Source of the DNA: a virus
Lineage: Duplodnaviria > Heunggongvirae > Uroviricota > Caudoviricetes
DNA length: 52,958 bases
IMG/VR virus record: IMGVR_UViG_2541047912_000003
Reading direction: 5' to 3' (one strand)
Under the pieces are notes generated by a model. It worked only from the letters and a program-made list of their open reading frames with translations, had not been told where the DNA came from and did not search any database. A program made the position numbers and the translations under genes. Position 1 is the stretch's first letter. Every line of letters begins with the position of its first letter. Below, piece by piece: positions 51,827-52,958 of this stretch.

Positions 51827-52958
51827 ACCCCGATCTCACAAAATCTCTATACCCAATTTATATTGCAAATTAGATAAGCGAACCGGAAAGGTATATTGGC
51901 AATACAAACATCCACTATCCGGTCGTTTTCATAGCTTAGGAACTGATGAGAATGAAGCAAAACAAGTTGCTACTGAAGCAAATACCATTATTGCTGAACA
52001 ACGTACCCGACAAATATTAAGCGTCAATGAGCGTCTGGAAAGAATGAAAGGCAGGCGCTCAGACATTACGGTGACAGAATGGCTTGATAAATATATTTCT
52101 ATCCAGGAGGACAGGCTGCAACATAATGAACTAAGACCCAACTCCTATCGGCAAAAAGGCAAACCCATTCGTCTTTTCCGTGAGCATTGTGGAATGCAAC
52201 ACCTCAAGGATATTACCGCACTTGATATTGCCGAAATAATTGATGCTGTAAAGGCTGAAGGTCATAACAGGATGGCGCAAGTCGTGAGAATGGTGTTAAT
52301 CGACGTCTTCAAAGAAGCACAACACGCAGGACATGTTCCGCCAGGATTTAACCCAGCGCAGGCAACAAAACAACCGCGAAATCGAGTAAACCGCCAAAGA
52401 TTATCACTGCCCGAATGGCAGGCAATATTTGACAGCGTAAGCAGACGGCAGCCCTATTTAAAATGCGGGATGCTACTTGCTCTTGTCACTGGACAACGTT
52501 TAGGCGATATCTGCAATTTGAAATTCTCTGATATCTGGGACGACATGTTGCACATTACTCAGGAAAAAACCGGTTCAAAACTTGCTATTCCGCTTAACCT
52601 GAAATGCGATGCTCTGAATATTACCCTTCGTGAAGTTATATCTCAGTGCAGGGATGCTGTTGTTAGTAAATATCTGGTCCATTACCGTCACACAACCTCT
52701 CAAGCAAACAGAGGAGACCAGGTTTCTGCGAATACTCTGACAACGGCTTTTAAAAAGGCCAGGGAAAAATGTGGCATAAAATGGGAGCAAGGAACTGCGC
52801 CCACATTTCATGAGCAGCGATCTCTGTCAGAACGGTTATATCGGGAACAGGGTCTGGATACGCAAAAGTTGTTAGGCCATAAATCCAGAAAAATGACCGA
52901 CCGATACAATGATGATCGTGGTAAAGACTGGATTATCGTAGATATCAAAACAGCATAG
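51816..52958 (+). CDS. int: prophage tyrosine integrase (lambda Int family)
   Basis: 380 aa; N-terminal arm-binding region (ARPRSHKISIPNLYCKLDKRTGKVYWQY), C-terminal catalytic region with HEQRSL, LLGHKS and terminal Tyr (DRYNDD); the stop is the last codon of the window. Confidence 0.9.
   Translation: MAARPRSHKISIPNLYCKLDKRTGKVYWQYKHPLSGRFHSLGTDENEAKQVATEANTIIAEQRTRQILSVNERLERMKGRRSDITVTEWLDKYISIQEDRLQHNELRPNSYRQKGKPIRLFREHCGMQHLKDITALDIAEIIDAVKAEGHNRMAQVVRMVLIDVFKEAQHAGHVPPGFNPAQATKQPRNRVNRQRLSLPEWQAIFDSVSRRQPYLKCGMLLALVTGQRLGDICNLKFSDIWDDMLHITQEKTGSKLAIPLNLKCDALNITLREVISQCRDAVVSKYLVHYRHTTSQANRGDQVSANTLTTAFKKAREKCGIKWEQGTAPTFHEQRSLSERLYREQGLDTQKLLGHKSRKMTDRYNDDRGKDWIIVDIKTA

Overview
This window is a lambdoid prophage read in reverse orientation, with a ~10.7 kb satellite-like mobile element inserted inside its major capsid gene E. 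Low coordinates carry the lambda-type tail and head late genes on the minus strand (tail fibre, J, I, K, L, M, H, G/T with the GGGAAAG frameshift site, V, U, Z, FII, FI, E, D, C/Nu3, B, W, A, Nu1), ending at a lambda-type cos site (cosN at 32508-32519). Beyond cos lie a DLP12-like lysis/nin arm (bor, Rz/Rz1, SAR endolysin, pinholin, porin moron, Q, rusA, ybcO, ninE, ybcN), then ren-P-O with in-gene ori iterons, a YdaT-like/YdaS-like pair at the cII/cro positions, divergent cI, and the left operon (gam, bet, exo, xis, int) on the plus strand. E is split into a C-terminal part (14623-15412) and an N-terminal part (26099-26374) flanked by a 10-bp direct repeat (tgcttgggtt). The insert encodes a P4-type integrase, AlpA-like protein, primase-helicase, iteron origin, SSB, its own E and D paralogues, a cos site ~90% similar to the prophage cos but with a different cosN, and an AT-rich TIR-domain protein. 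The most interesting candidates for undescribed biology are that TIR-domain gene, the satellite-in-capsid-gene arrangement, an AT-rich two-gene cassette at the rexA/rexB position, a two-gene insert in the nin region with an Rx4H (HEPN-like) motif, and a TGT/DpdA-like gene in the exo-xis region. All calls rest on reading the sequence and the supplied ORF translations against remembered protein families; no database search was run.
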